The notes below the pieces were generated by a model. That model saw only the letters and a list, made by a program, of their open reading frames with translations, searched no databases and was not told where the DNA came from. From Nitrospirota bacterium (GTDB taxonomy: Bacteria > Nitrospirota > Leptospirillia > Leptospirillales > Leptospirillaceae), in contig JAKADN010000002.1 of the NCBI GenBank assembly GCA_021820445.1, positions 18,793-82,792 on the forward strand: a stretch of 64,000 nucleotides of DNA, read 5' to 3'. Shown piece after piece: positions 47,534 through 56,567 of the stretch. The position numbers were made by a program, and so were the translations under genes. Positions within the stretch are counted from its first letter, which is position 1, and every line of letters starts with the position of its first letter.

Positions 47534-48229
47534 ATGCAGGAAGACGTTCGTCCCGGCCTCTCGGTCCGGCTCGACGCCGTCACAAAGCTATACAACGTGG
47601 CCGGGGATGAGCTTCCCGCCATCCGGGGGGTCACCCTCTCCTTCGACAAAGGGGAGGCCCTGGCCTTGGTGGGAAGCTCCGGATCCGGCAAATCCACGCT
47701 CCTTCATCTCTCCGGACTTCTCGACCGCCCGACAACCGGGGCCGTCTACTATGAAAACCGGCGAGTGGACTCGCTTTCTCCTTCCGACCGGGCCATTCTG
47801 AGGAACCGGTCGGTGGGATTCGTATTTCAGAACTTTCAGCTCATCCCCCGGACAACCGCCCTCGAAAACGTCGAGATGCCGCTCCTCTACAGGGGGGTTC
47901 CCTCACGGGAACGCCGGGAAAGAGCCCGGGAACTTCTCCTGTCGGTGGGAATGGGGGACAGGGAGAGGCATTACTCCTCCCAGCTTTCGGGAGGCCAGCA
48001 GCAGCGGGTGGCCATCGCCCGGGCCCTGGTCGCCTCCCCCGGCCTTCTCCTGGCCGACGAACCCACCGGGAATCTCGACAGCCGCTCGGCTGTGTCCGTG
48101 CTTGAACTCCTCATGAAGGCCCAGGAACGCACCCGCATGACGCTTGTTCTGGTCACCCATGACCCCGAGGTCGCCCGATTCGCGTCGAGAACCGTCCGCG
48201 TTCGGGACGGACTCCTGGAGAAGGCCTGA
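47534..48229 (+). CDS. ABC transporter ATP-binding protein (MacB/LolD/DevA type)
   Basis: Walker [10 protein letters not shown], signature [15 protein letters not shown], Walker [13 protein letters not shown]. Confidence 0.85.
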   Translation: MQEDVRPGLSVRLDAVTKLYNVAGDELPAIRGVTLSFDKGEALALVGSSGSGKSTLLHLSGLLDRPTTGAVYYENRRVDSLSPSDRAILRNRSVGFVFQNFQLIPRTTALENVEMPLLYRGVPSRERRERARELLLSVGMGDRERHYSSQLSGGQQQRVAIARALVASPGLLLADEPTGNLDSRSAVSVLELLMKAQERTRMTLVLVTHDPEVARFASRTVRVRDGLLEKA

Positions 48230-49437
48230 TGTTTCTCGTGTCTCTGGGCTTGAGGGCCCTTCTCAGGAATCCCTACCGTTCGATCCTGACCTCCCTGGGC
48301 ATCGTCATCGGGGTTCTCTCGGTCATCGTTCTCGTCAGCATTGGCCTCGGTGCCAAGGCCCTGGTCCTGCAAAGCATCCAGAACCTTGGCCCCAACCTTC
48401 TCGTCGTCATTCCAGGAAGCGTCACCGATTCGGGGGCCCAGGTGGGAGGCGGGACGGATACGACCCTGACCCTGGAGGACGCCCAGGCTATCCGCCACGA
48501 CTGTCCGGACGTCTGGAATGCCTCGGGAGCCCTCCGGACCGCGGCCCAGGTCCAGTCCTCCCATGCCAACTGGTCGACGGTCATACTCGGGGCCGAACCG
48601 AACTATCTGCCGGTTCGCGACTGGCATCTGGCCCGTGGCGGATTTTTCGGAGCCGAAGAGGAGGCCTCCGCCGCTCGCGTCGCCGTGCTCGGCCATCTGG
48701 TCGCTTCCCGACTCTTCGGGCTCGAGGATCCCCTCGGGAAGTTCATCCAGATCAACCACTCCCCCTTCCGGGTGATCGGGATCCTCTCCTCCAAGGGGCA
48801 GTCTCCCATGGGGATGAATCAGGACGACATGGTCGTCATTCCCCTGTCGACCCTTCAAAGCCAGATCATGGGGGTCACCTATGTCGGAGTGATTCTTGCC
48901 GCCGCCCAAAGTCCCGACCGGGTCGACGACGCCCGCAGGGAAATCCGCGATCTCCTCCTTCTCCGGCATCACATTCCCGCCGGAGGGCGACCGGATTTCG
49001 ACATCCAGGCCCTGTCAGACATCGCCAAGACCGCCAACCGGCTATCGCTGATCCTGACCCTGCTTCTGGCCCTCATCGCCTCCATCTCCCTCATCGTCGG
49101 CGGAATCGGGATCCTGAACATCATGCTAGTCTCCGTTCGCGAGCGGACGCGCGAAATCGGCATCCGAATGGCGATCGGCGCCCGTCCGAGGGACATTCTC
49201 GTTCAGTTTCTCACGGAGAGCGCGGCCCTCTCCTTCTTCGGCGGAATCGCAGGGGGGATTCTCGGGATCTTGTCGATCCTCGGCCTCCGCTCGTTTCTCG
49301 GATGGCCGGCCCCCATTCCATGGGAGGGGTCCCTCCTGACTGTGGCGGGAGCCACCATCCTCGGGATTCTCTTCGGCCTCTACCCGGCATGGCGGGCTTC
49401 CCGGCTGGATCCGATGGAGGCCTTGCGATACGAATGA
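48229..49437 (+). CDS. ABC transporter permease (MacB periplasmic core domain + FtsX)
   Basis: 402 aa with an N-terminal TM helix, a large periplasmic domain, and a C-terminal FtsX-type helix bundle (RTREIGIRMAIGARPRDIL). Confidence 0.8.
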   Translation: MFLVSLGLRALLRNPYRSILTSLGIVIGVLSVIVLVSIGLGAKALVLQSIQNLGPNLLVVIPGSVTDSGAQVGGGTDTTLTLEDAQAIRHDCPDVWNASGALRTAAQVQSSHANWSTVILGAEPNYLPVRDWHLARGGFFGAEEEASAARVAVLGHLVASRLFGLEDPLGKFIQINHSPFRVIGILSSKGQSPMGMNQDDMVVIPLSTLQSQIMGVTYVGVILAAAQSPDRVDDARREIRDLLLLRHHIPAGGRPDFDIQALSDIAKTANRLSLILTLLLALIASISLIVGGIGILNIMLVSVRERTREIGIRMAIGARPRDILVQFLTESAALSFFGGIAGGILGILSILGLRSFLGWPAPIPWEGSLLTVAGATILGILFGLYPAWRASRLDPMEALRYE

Positions 49438-49548
49438 GCGCATGACACGCACAATCGCCAGGACTCCGGTATAATCAGGAAGGAAGGGCCGTGGGGGCCC
49501 TTCCGATATTCGCTCTATCCTCATTTATTTTGCAGGGAGCAAAGAGTC

Positions 49549-50694
49549 TTGAGGGTTTTTCTCAAAAAACCGAAGAATATCCTTCTTCTTCTCCTTGTGC
49601 TGCTCGTCTCGGGATTCCTTTTTCTCCATTTCAGAAAATCGGAGCAGGGCCCTCCGCCATTCGTCACCCGGACCCTCCACCGGGGGATCCTCCACCGGAC
49701 CGTGACGGCGACCGGACGCCTCAAGGCACTGAAAACCGTCCATGTCGGAACCCAGGTCAGCGGAATCATCACCCGGATCAACGTGGACTTCAATTCCCGC
49801 GTCAGGACGGGGGAGGTCCTGGCCCAGATCGATCCCGCCATCTATCGGGCCCAAGTCTCCCAGGCCGAATCCAATCTGGCGAAGATGCAGACGAAGATCA
49901 CCCTCGACCGGATCCAGATGACGCGCGACAAGGACCTCCTCCTCCACCACATCATCGCCCGCAGCACCTTCGACAGCGACCAGGCCCAGCTCATGATGGA
50001 TCTTGCCACCCGAAAACAGCTTGCCGCGGCGCTGAAGCTTGCCAATACGGATCTTTCCTACACCACGATCCGCGCCCCGATCGACGGGGTCGTGATCGCC
50101 CGAAAGGTGCAGATCGGACAGACGGTGACCTCCGCCTTCAAAACTCCCCGACTCTTCACCATCGCCCACGATCTTCGGGAGATGCGCCTCGATACCCGCG
50201 TCTCCGAGGCGGATATCGGCTCCGTCGCACCGGGGCAGGCCGTCTCCTTCCGCGTTCCCGCCTATCCGGACAAGGTCTTTCACGGGGCGGTCACTGTCGT
50301 GAGGGACCACCCGCGGACCGTCTCCCATGTCGTGACCTATGATGTCCTCTCCACCGTCCCAAACCCCGACACGCTCCTGAAGCCGGGAATGACCGCCATG
50401 GTCACCATTCATACGGGAGATCTTCCCGGGGTCCTTCTGGTTCCGAACGGGGCCTTCGTCTACCGCCCTCCCCAGAAATATCTTCCCGACCTCTCCTCGA
50501 TCCGGAAGAAAAACCGGAACTTCATCTTTCTCCTGAAGGAATCCGGAAAGAAGTGGAAGGTCGTCCCCGTTCCCGTGACAATAGGACCGACGGACGGCCT
50601 CGTGTCGATGGTCAGCGGAACTCTTTCCGAGGGAGATCGGGTCATCGTGCGGGACAAGGAAGGACGCAGCCCCTCCCGGGGGCTCTTTCCGTAA
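49549..50694 (+). CDS. Periplasmic adaptor (HlyD/MacA/DevB family membrane fusion protein)
   Basis: Lipoyl-like hairpin (VGTQVSGIITRINVDFNSRVRTGEVLAQID ... IRAPIDGVVIARKVQIGQ) and a coiled-coil segment. Confidence 0.8.
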   Translation: MRVFLKKPKNILLLLLVLLVSGFLFLHFRKSEQGPPPFVTRTLHRGILHRTVTATGRLKALKTVHVGTQVSGIITRINVDFNSRVRTGEVLAQIDPAIYRAQVSQAESNLAKMQTKITLDRIQMTRDKDLLLHHIIARSTFDSDQAQLMMDLATRKQLAAALKLANTDLSYTTIRAPIDGVVIARKVQIGQTVTSAFKTPRLFTIAHDLREMRLDTRVSEADIGSVAPGQAVSFRVPAYPDKVFHGAVTVVRDHPRTVSHVVTYDVLSTVPNPDTLLKPGMTAMVTIHTGDLPGVLLVPNGAFVYRPPQKYLPDLSSIRKKNRNFIFLLKESGKKWKVVPVPVTIGPTDGLVSMVSGTLSEGDRVIVRDKEGRSPSRGLFP

Positions 50695-50726
50695 GAGAAG
50701 GCAAAGATGAACAATCGATGGAAGGG

Positions 50727-51299
50727 CTAGCTTTTCCCCTTGAAGGCCAGGATCTCCCGCTGCCGCAGGACCAGGTACTGAAGGAGGGATTCCCGCATTT
50801 CTCCTTCCAGTCCCGTCCATGATCCCGTCACGGCGAAGCCGGATTTTGCGGAAGGCCCCCCTTCTTCCGCCCAAGGCTCGCATCGGAGAACGGTCAGGTC
50901 GCAATCGATTTCCGAGGCGGGGAGAGTCGGGAGTTCGAGGATGATTCCCCCCTTCACCCCCGGCTCGGAGGGATCCTGGGAGTAGAAGGTCAAGGCCCTC
51001 TCCGAAACGATGACGGGAACCACGCGGGGAAGGCGAAGCGGCTCTCCCCGGGAGAGGCGGTCGAGGCTGTCGAGAATGCGTCCCATGCGGAGATCCAGAG
51101 ACTGATAAAGCCCGACCCAGGGAATTTCGGAATCCGGGAGAGTCGAGGCCCGGGGAAAGGCGATCAGAGGACGGCGACGCCGGGAAAACGACTGGTCGGC
51201 AACACCGGATGACGTTCCAGGAAGGAAAAGCAGGGGAAGGCGGTCATCGACCCTGAGCGGAGAATGAAGAGGATCCTCTTCCTTGTTTTGTCCGCTCAA
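50727..51299 (-). CDS. PilZ-like protein with degenerate c-di-GMP-binding motifs (tentative)
   Basis: The C-terminal pattern GFAVTGSWTGLEGEMRESLLQYLVLRQREIL resembles the end of PilZ domains. The RxxxR / DxSxxG positions are poorly conserved (LRLPRV ... VSERAL). The TTG start overlaps the upstream small-ORF stop as TTGA. Confidence 0.35.
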   Translation of the reverse strand: MSGQNKEEDPLHSPLRVDDRLPLLFLPGTSSGVADQSFSRRRRPLIAFPRASTLPDSEIPWVGLYQSLDLRMGRILDSLDRLSRGEPLRLPRVVPVIVSERALTFYSQDPSEPGVKGGIILELPTLPASEIDCDLTVLRCEPWAEEGGPSAKSGFAVTGSWTGLEGEMRESLLQYLVLRQREILAFKGKS

Positions 51300-51529
51300 C
51301 TGAACAAGTTCCTGAAGACATCGACATCACGCAAAAAAATCCACCTTGCGTGGAAATTCGGAGTGAGATCGCTCTTCTTTTTGGGTTTCCTGCTCCCGAA
51401 CTCGGGAACGCTCTTCCTCTCCCCGGGCGATCTCTTCTGATCGTCGGGCCGCGGCGCGTTCGGACGTCCGGTCCTGAGGCTCGCTTCGGCCCACAGGCTG
51501 ATCAAGATTCGTGACGTTGTTGACTCCAA
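51296..51529 (-). CDS. Possible small basic protein (77 aa); an alternative 73-aa frame exists
   Basis: This frame has the higher third-position GC by eye, and its stop overlaps the next start (TTGA). The overlapping frame 51327..51548 cannot be excluded. Confidence 0.25.
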   Translation of the reverse strand: MESTTSRILISLWAEASLRTGRPNAPRPDDQKRSPGERKSVPEFGSRKPKKKSDLTPNFHARWIFLRDVDVFRNLFS

Positions 51530-51573
51530 AAGACATCTCGGGCTCCATAAAGGCTATCGAAAACAGGGACTCT

Positions 51574-52041
51574 TCATGCGGTCTGATTGAGCTTCATTCC
51601 CTGAAACATCATATAGGCTTCCCGAGCGGCCATTCGGCTCTCTTCATAGGCACCGACCCGGACACCCGAAGCGCCGATCCCGTCCGGGACTTCCGGTTCG
51701 GAAGGCGGAAGGGGCGCTCCCTGGAAGTGGTTGCCGACCTTCCTCGTTCCGTCGTTCTGGTCGGTCTCGTGGACGACCACATCGGTGACAATGCTTCTTC
51801 CCATCGGCTGGGAATAGACAGAAACCTTTGCCGGAACGGAACCGACGGAGTCTATCCCCGCCAAGACCCGCGAGACGACACCCATATCCGAAAAGTTATC
51901 CGCAGAGCGAAGGGAATTTCTTCGCACCGAAGGCGCAGCGTTCAGAGTCTGTGAAGGCGCACCGGAAGGGTCGGAAAGGCGTAAATACCCTTTCTCCCTT
52001 CGATCCTCCATTCCCTGGACTCCCAGCCTCTCGATGCTCAT
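51574..52041 (-). CDS. Hypothetical protein (155 aa)
   Basis: The ORF has a GGGAGAG Shine-Dalgarno sequence and its own sigma-70-like promoter. No recognised domain. Confidence 0.45.
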   Translation of the reverse strand: MSIERLGVQGMEDRREKGYLRLSDPSGAPSQTLNAAPSVRRNSLRSADNFSDMGVVSRVLAGIDSVGSVPAKVSVYSQPMGRSIVTDVVVHETDQNDGTRKVGNHFQGAPLPPSEPEVPDGIGASGVRVGAYEESRMAAREAYMMFQGMKLNQTA

Positions 52042-52099
52042 CCGGACTCTCCCGGAAAAAATTCTTTCCTTTTTTCGACCTATGGATTACCACTTTTTT

Positions 52100-52127
52100 A
52101 TATTACCACGATAAATCCGCAGGTCAA
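52100..52127 (-). promoter_or_regulatory. Sigma-70-type promoter candidate (TTGACC-16 nt-TAATAT)
   Basis: The minus strand reads TTGACCTGCGGATTTATCGTGGTAATAT, ending about 58 nt upstream of the ATG at 52041. Confidence 0.4.
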
Positions 52128-52213
52128 GGAAGCCCGATTGTCCCGTCAGGGCCCGACGGGGGAAGCGGGGCAATCTCTCCGGTGATGAGCCTCTCCTCCA
52201 GTCCAGGACAGGG

Positions 52214-52900
52214 TCAGGCGACGACCAGGTTCCCCTTTCGCTCGTTTTCAAGAACGATCCCCAGCGCCCGCGCCGATTTCACACGCCCACGCTGCAGCAC
52301 CGGGAGGATTTCGTACTCCACGAGATCGGCCAGCAGGATCCAGTCGAGAGCCTCCTGGGCCTTGAGCATCCCTGTGAGCAGGGCGTCGATCCGGTCCGAT
52401 TCTTCGATGAAGGAGACACGGAAGGTGTCATGTCCCGACTGCTGCTCGATTCGACCGATCTCCTCCACGAGAACCTGGGCCGCGACCATTCCTTCAAGGG
52501 CCTGCATGTAAACCCCGCCCCCGGATTCGTGGTTCTTGTCCTGCCCCCCGAAAACCGCCGGAATGTTTCCACGGCGGAGATTGTTTCCGATCTCCTGAAA
52601 AACCACCATGAGGCTGTCGATATGGGCGACCAGATCGGTCAGGACCTCCTTGAGAAGGGATTCCAGTGATTCCGTCCGGACCTCCAGAAGAAAGGGATGG
52701 CTGTCGTCCAGGGCTTCGATTTCCGGCCGTGACGAAGGAGCCCCGTTCAGGAACACGCCGGAGATCGTCCTCCCGGAAGGAATCTGCAGAAGGAGACGGT
52801 CCAGCGCCTGGGCCCAGGACTCTCCTTCCGTCCTCTTCAACTCCGTCTTCTCCCCGTCAAGGAGAATGGTCTGGTTATCAAAAGGTTTCTGTGCATTCAT
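52214..52900 (-). CDS. Hypothetical protein (228 aa) immediately downstream of the glycosyltransferase island
   Basis: ATG at 52900 is preceded by GAGGAGGGA. The longer ORF (to 53377) overlaps the GT9 gene and is rejected. No recognised family. Confidence 0.5.
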   Translation of the reverse strand: MNAQKPFDNQTILLDGEKTELKRTEGESWAQALDRLLLQIPSGRTISGVFLNGAPSSRPEIEALDDSHPFLLEVRTESLESLLKEVLTDLVAHIDSLMVVFQEIGNNLRRGNIPAVFGGQDKNHESGGGVYMQALEGMVAAQVLVEEIGRIEQQSGHDTFRVSFIEESDRIDALLTGMLKAQEALDWILLADLVEYEILPVLQRGRVKSARALGIVLENERKGNLVVA

Positions 52901-52944
52901 CGTTCCCTCCTCGATAGGGGCCATGAGGCCCCGGCCTCCCGGAG

Positions 52945-54768
52945 TCACAGGAGATGAAGCGAAGCCGCGTTCCGCTTCGTCCCTTCCTGATCCCCGGATG
53001 AAATAAACAGTGAATCCATTGAAGAAAACCATCTGTCTGCGAGGCGGATCAGGCGTTCGTTCCGCAAATGCCCTGTCCGGTAGACCTGCTCCACCCCCTG
53101 GATCATTTCCAGGAGACGCAGGGGATCCTCGATCGCCACCCCCTCTTTTTCGATCTCGAAGAGGGAGGCGAGGGGAGCGGCCGTAGGCGCCACCCATCCC
53201 AGTTCCTGAATGCGCACATCGAGGGATTCCAGCTCCCGGGTGAGATTTTCCAGAAACTCCCGGGCCCCCTCGTCGGGAATCCCCTCTTCGACCCTTTCCC
53301 GAATCGTCCGGCACAGGCTCTCTCCTTCCCTGAAAAGCCCCCCGATCTCGAGATGGGCATACCGGAGGTCTTCCCATGACTGACGGGAGAGCCCGGCCAC
53401 CTCGTAATCCTCAAGCAGAAGATCGCACTCCACCCCCCAGTCGAGAGGCAACCGGTCAAACTCCATCGTCCAGATCTGTCGATAGAGGCTCCGGAACAGC
53501 TCCGGGAGCCCCATGGGAGGCCGGGAGACGGGGCGATACCGGAGCCTTCCCCGACCATCCCATCCGGAGACCGCGACCAATAACTGGGATCCCGGAGGAT
53601 CTTTTTCAAGAAATCCGGCCACCCGGGCCCGGAAATCTGGGAGTTCCTCCTCCCTCTCTTCGAGATGGGCCACGAATTGGGCGAGCCATTCGGGGGCGAT
53701 GTCCTCCCGGCAGACCGGATTCAGACAATGGGAGTCGATCCCGCAGGGGGCACACGGCTTCCGGCTCTGCAGAACCACATGATTGTTTCCGTAAGGAGCC
53801 GTTTCGGGGTAGAAAAGATTGGCGAAGGAAAGTGCCACGACGGGAGTCCCCATCGCCGCCGCGACATGCATGGCCCCCGTATCGTTCGACACAAGCCGCG
53901 ACACCGAGCGGAGAACCCCGGCCAGCTCCCGGACCGAGGTCCGGCCGGTCAGGTTCAGGATTCGACCCGAGCTCCACCGATCTTCTAGGGCGGAAACGAT
54001 CCTCCTGTTCCGGGCCACATCCTCCTCCCCGGAGCCCACAAGGACGACTCCCGACCCAGGGGACCGAGAAAGAAAGTGGGCGATCATCCGGACGAATGAC
54101 TCCTCAGGCCACCGTTTGATCGAGACAGAGGCTCCGGTCTGGACCGCCACCCACCGCTTCCCCGCAGGCAGCTCCGGAGAGGGAATCTCCATCCTTTCCG
54201 GGAGGACGAGTCCCCCGGGTGGGGACACCTGGGCAATCCGGAGAAAGAGGTCCACCAGGTTCGTATCGTTGTAGAGGCGGTTCCGGACCATCATGCCAAA
54301 ATAGGCGATGGCCGGATCGTAAAACGCCCGGAATCCGTCCCGGGTCATGATCACTCCCCTGACCTCCCTGGCCTTGACGAGATATCCAAGAACCGTTCCG
54401 ATCCGGTTTGGCGTCAGGTTGATCAGGAGGTCATATTCCCCCCGGTTCCAGTCGGCGCTCATCACCCGGATCCGGGAGATTTTTTCGCTCCAGGAAACCC
54501 GGTCGTCGAACACCATCCGACGGATGGCCTGTCCGTCCACCAGATAGAGATCATCGAACAGGGAGAGGCCCGCTGCCGTCTCCCCGAACTCCCGATAGGC
54601 CACAAGCCCGATTCGGCATCCCGGATGCCTTTCCCGAAGAGCGGCCGCCATCGGGGCCATCTGGAAAAGGTCGCCCATCCGGGTCATCGCAATGACAAGA
54701 ATGGAGCCGATGGTCGCATTCCTGGAAGGAGCGGAAGTCTTGGGGTTTGATGCGCGTCCGCCCTTCAT
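52945..54768 (-). CDS. GT9-family (heptosyltransferase-like) glycosyltransferase with a ~250-aa C-terminal helical extension
   Basis: GT9 hallmarks: ILVIAMTRMGDLFQMAPMAAALRERHP, a later NDTGAMHVAAAMGTPVV, and a Cys cluster CAPCGIDSHCLNPVC. The ATG at 54768 has a GGGAGG Shine-Dalgarno sequence and overlaps the upstream stop as ATGA. Confidence 0.75.
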   Translation of the reverse strand: MKGGRASNPKTSAPSRNATIGSILVIAMTRMGDLFQMAPMAAALRERHPGCRIGLVAYREFGETAAGLSLFDDLYLVDGQAIRRMVFDDRVSWSEKISRIRVMSADWNRGEYDLLINLTPNRIGTVLGYLVKAREVRGVIMTRDGFRAFYDPAIAYFGMMVRNRLYNDTNLVDLFLRIAQVSPPGGLVLPERMEIPSPELPAGKRWVAVQTGASVSIKRWPEESFVRMIAHFLSRSPGSGVVLVGSGEEDVARNRRIVSALEDRWSSGRILNLTGRTSVRELAGVLRSVSRLVSNDTGAMHVAAAMGTPVVALSFANLFYPETAPYGNNHVVLQSRKPCAPCGIDSHCLNPVCREDIAPEWLAQFVAHLEEREEELPDFRARVAGFLEKDPPGSQLLVAVSGWDGRGRLRYRPVSRPPMGLPELFRSLYRQIWTMEFDRLPLDWGVECDLLLEDYEVAGLSRQSWEDLRYAHLEIGGLFREGESLCRTIRERVEEGIPDEGAREFLENLTRELESLDVRIQELGWVAPTAAPLASLFEIEKEGVAIEDPLRLLEMIQGVEQVYRTGHLRNERLIRLADRWFSSMDSLFISSGDQEGTKRNAASLHLL

Positions 54769-56567
54769 GCCCCGACCTCCCTCACGAATTCTTTCATCAG
54801 AAGCACGGCAGCTTCGGTATCGCTGACCGGAGCCTCTCCGAGGCGTATTCCCCGCTCGAGATCGTCGAGGTCGACCGTTCCCAGACTTCGGAACCGGTCG
54901 AGGAAGCCCGAGAGCTCGGAGTCCCCCGACGCCTCGCTGATAAGGGTCTCCACCTTCTGGCGTCCCGGAAAGGCCGTATTCTTGGGGCGGAATCCCTGCT
55001 CGAAAAGAACGGAAAGCCATTGGTCCATCCGACAGTCGATGGTGTGTTCCCGAAGGGTCCGGGAGAGCGCCAGGGCCGCCATCTCGCGTCTTTCCCTTTC
55101 TCTGGATCGATAATGTTTCACCAGAGTCCGGCAGGAGGATTCGTCGTCGAACACCGCGATCTCCTCTCCCGGCTCATAGAGCTCGGACAGAAGGGAGCGC
55201 CGGTCCACGATCTGAAACCCCCCGCAGGCCGCGATCTCGAAGGTCCTGGGGTTCACGAAATCACCGTCCGGGTTTACCCCCTTATGATAGACCGACGAGT
55301 GAAGGTTCAGGTTGACGGGAGAGTTCCGGTAGATCTGGGCCGCCTCCTCGGGAGCGATCCGTCGCCCCTCCTCGCGGACATGACGGAAAAGAGGATCTCC
55401 GGGATCCCAGTCCGCGCCCCAGATGGCGAGTCCCAGGTCGACCAGGCTCCTGAGAAAGTGCTGGCGATTGTAGTATCCGGCCCCCATGAAGGCCAATGGA
55501 GACGAGTAGCGCCCGGGGTCTTCTCCCGCCGCAGGCTCCGGCCTGAAAATTTCCGGATCGGCACCGGTCGGAAGATAGAGGACATTGGTAAGTCCCCGGG
55601 CCTCGAGCACCGGAATCCAGGCCTCTTTCTGGATCACCGCGAAACTCGTGACGAGGGGCGCCACCCTCTCCCAGTAGGTCGCGATGCGGAAGTCCTCGAC
55701 AAACCAGTAGGCGACCGGGATCCCCATCTCCCGGATCTTTTCAAGGAGATCCGGCGAGAGGGGTGACTGGGCCAGCCCTATGATCAGGTCAGGCTTTTCG
55801 GAGATGATCCTGGCCATGATCATCTCCGAGAGAAATCCCTGGAAGAGCCCTCGAAGCTGGGCCCGATGCAGATCGATCCGGGTCTGTCCCCCGATGGCCC
55901 GGAGCGAGCCTTCGAACACGGACGCGTCGAAGAGGCTGGCCCGGTGGCCCATGCGAAGAAGGGCGCGGTAAACGGAGCGGGCGATCGGATAGGACCCTCC
56001 GGAGACCGGAGACACCACCAGGACCCGAAGGGAATAGGTCTCCGGGGACTCTCCCCCTTCATAAAGCTTTCGGATGGAGCGGTAGAGATCGGGTCTGAGC
56101 TTTTCGGAGGGCGCATGGAAAAAAACAGTCGCCCCCCCCGGGACCTTCCGGATCTCTGACGGCTCGGAGACGAATCGCAGACGGTCCTTGAATCGATACC
56201 AGGGAAAGAGGCGGAATGACGCGCGGAGAATGTCGGGAATGGGCTCGAAGACATGGACCGGAACCGAGGATCGCTCCAGAAGGGCATAGAGGTGATACCC
56301 CAGTCCCAACCCCAGAAGAAGAACTCCCGGGCCGGATTCCGGTAGGGACGACAATGCGTCCTCCACCCATCGTTCACCTTCCTTCACGGGATCGTACCGG
56401 CTGTGGAGACTCGCATTGTCCCACAGGAGACTGGGCGACCCCTCCTTGCTGGCGAGAATCTCCCATCGCTCCCGATTTCTGTCGGGGCGGAACAGCACCT
56501 CCCTCAAGCTTCCCTCGGCGAAGACTTCCATATTCTGCCGGAAGACGGACTCGTCAAATTGCCACAT
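54765..56567 (-). CDS. Fusion protein: Maf-like N-terminal region + CgeB-family glycosyltransferase module
   Basis: The N-terminus (FRQNMEVF...GSPSLLWDNASLHSRYDPVKEGERW...LLLGLGLGYHL) resembles the start of motility-accessory-factor proteins. The C-terminus (VNPRTFEIAACGGFQIVDRR...EIAVFDD...HT) is CgeB/Glyco_trans_1_2-like. The ATG at 56567 has an AAGGAG Shine-Dalgarno sequence. Confidence 0.6.
   Translation of the reverse strand: MWQFDESVFRQNMEVFAEGSLREVLFRPDRNRERWEILASKEGSPSLLWDNASLHSRYDPVKEGERWVEDALSSLPESGPGVLLLGLGLGYHLYALLERSSVPVHVFEPIPDILRASFRLFPWYRFKDRLRFVSEPSEIRKVPGGATVFFHAPSEKLRPDLYRSIRKLYEGGESPETYSLRVLVVSPVSGGSYPIARSVYRALLRMGHRASLFDASVFEGSLRAIGGQTRIDLHRAQLRGLFQGFLSEMIMARIISEKPDLIIGLAQSPLSPDLLEKIREMGIPVAYWFVEDFRIATYWERVAPLVTSFAVIQKEAWIPVLEARGLTNVLYLPTGADPEIFRPEPAAGEDPGRYSSPLAFMGAGYYNRQHFLRSLVDLGLAIWGADWDPGDPLFRHVREEGRRIAPEEAAQIYRNSPVNLNLHSSVYHKGVNPDGDFVNPRTFEIAACGGFQIVDRRSLLSELYEPGEEIAVFDDESSCRTLVKHYRSRERERREMAALALSRTLREHTIDCRMDQWLSVLFEQGFRPKNTAFPGRQKVETLISEASGDSELSGFLDRFRSLGTVDLDDLERGIRLGEAPVSDTEAAVLLMKEFVREVGA

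Noticed and set aside
47971-50904. Several long alternative-frame or antisense ORFs (47971-48972 minus, 48144-49445 plus, 49491-50342 plus, 49525-50904 minus)
   Set aside because: They overlap the ABC ATPase, FtsX permease and adaptor genes, which have canonical motifs. The alternative translations are Arg/Pro/Gly-rich and lack recognisable domains.
51327-51548. 73-aa frame overlapping the 77-aa ORF
   Set aside because: It is not fully rejected but ranked lower. It has lower third-position GC by eye and no coupling to the next gene, so expression data are needed to decide.
52901-53377. N-terminal extension of the ORF 52214..53377
   Set aside because: It overlaps the 3' end of the GT9 gene with a Gly/Arg/Pro-rich translation. 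A strong Shine-Dalgarno sequence precedes the internal ATG at 52900.
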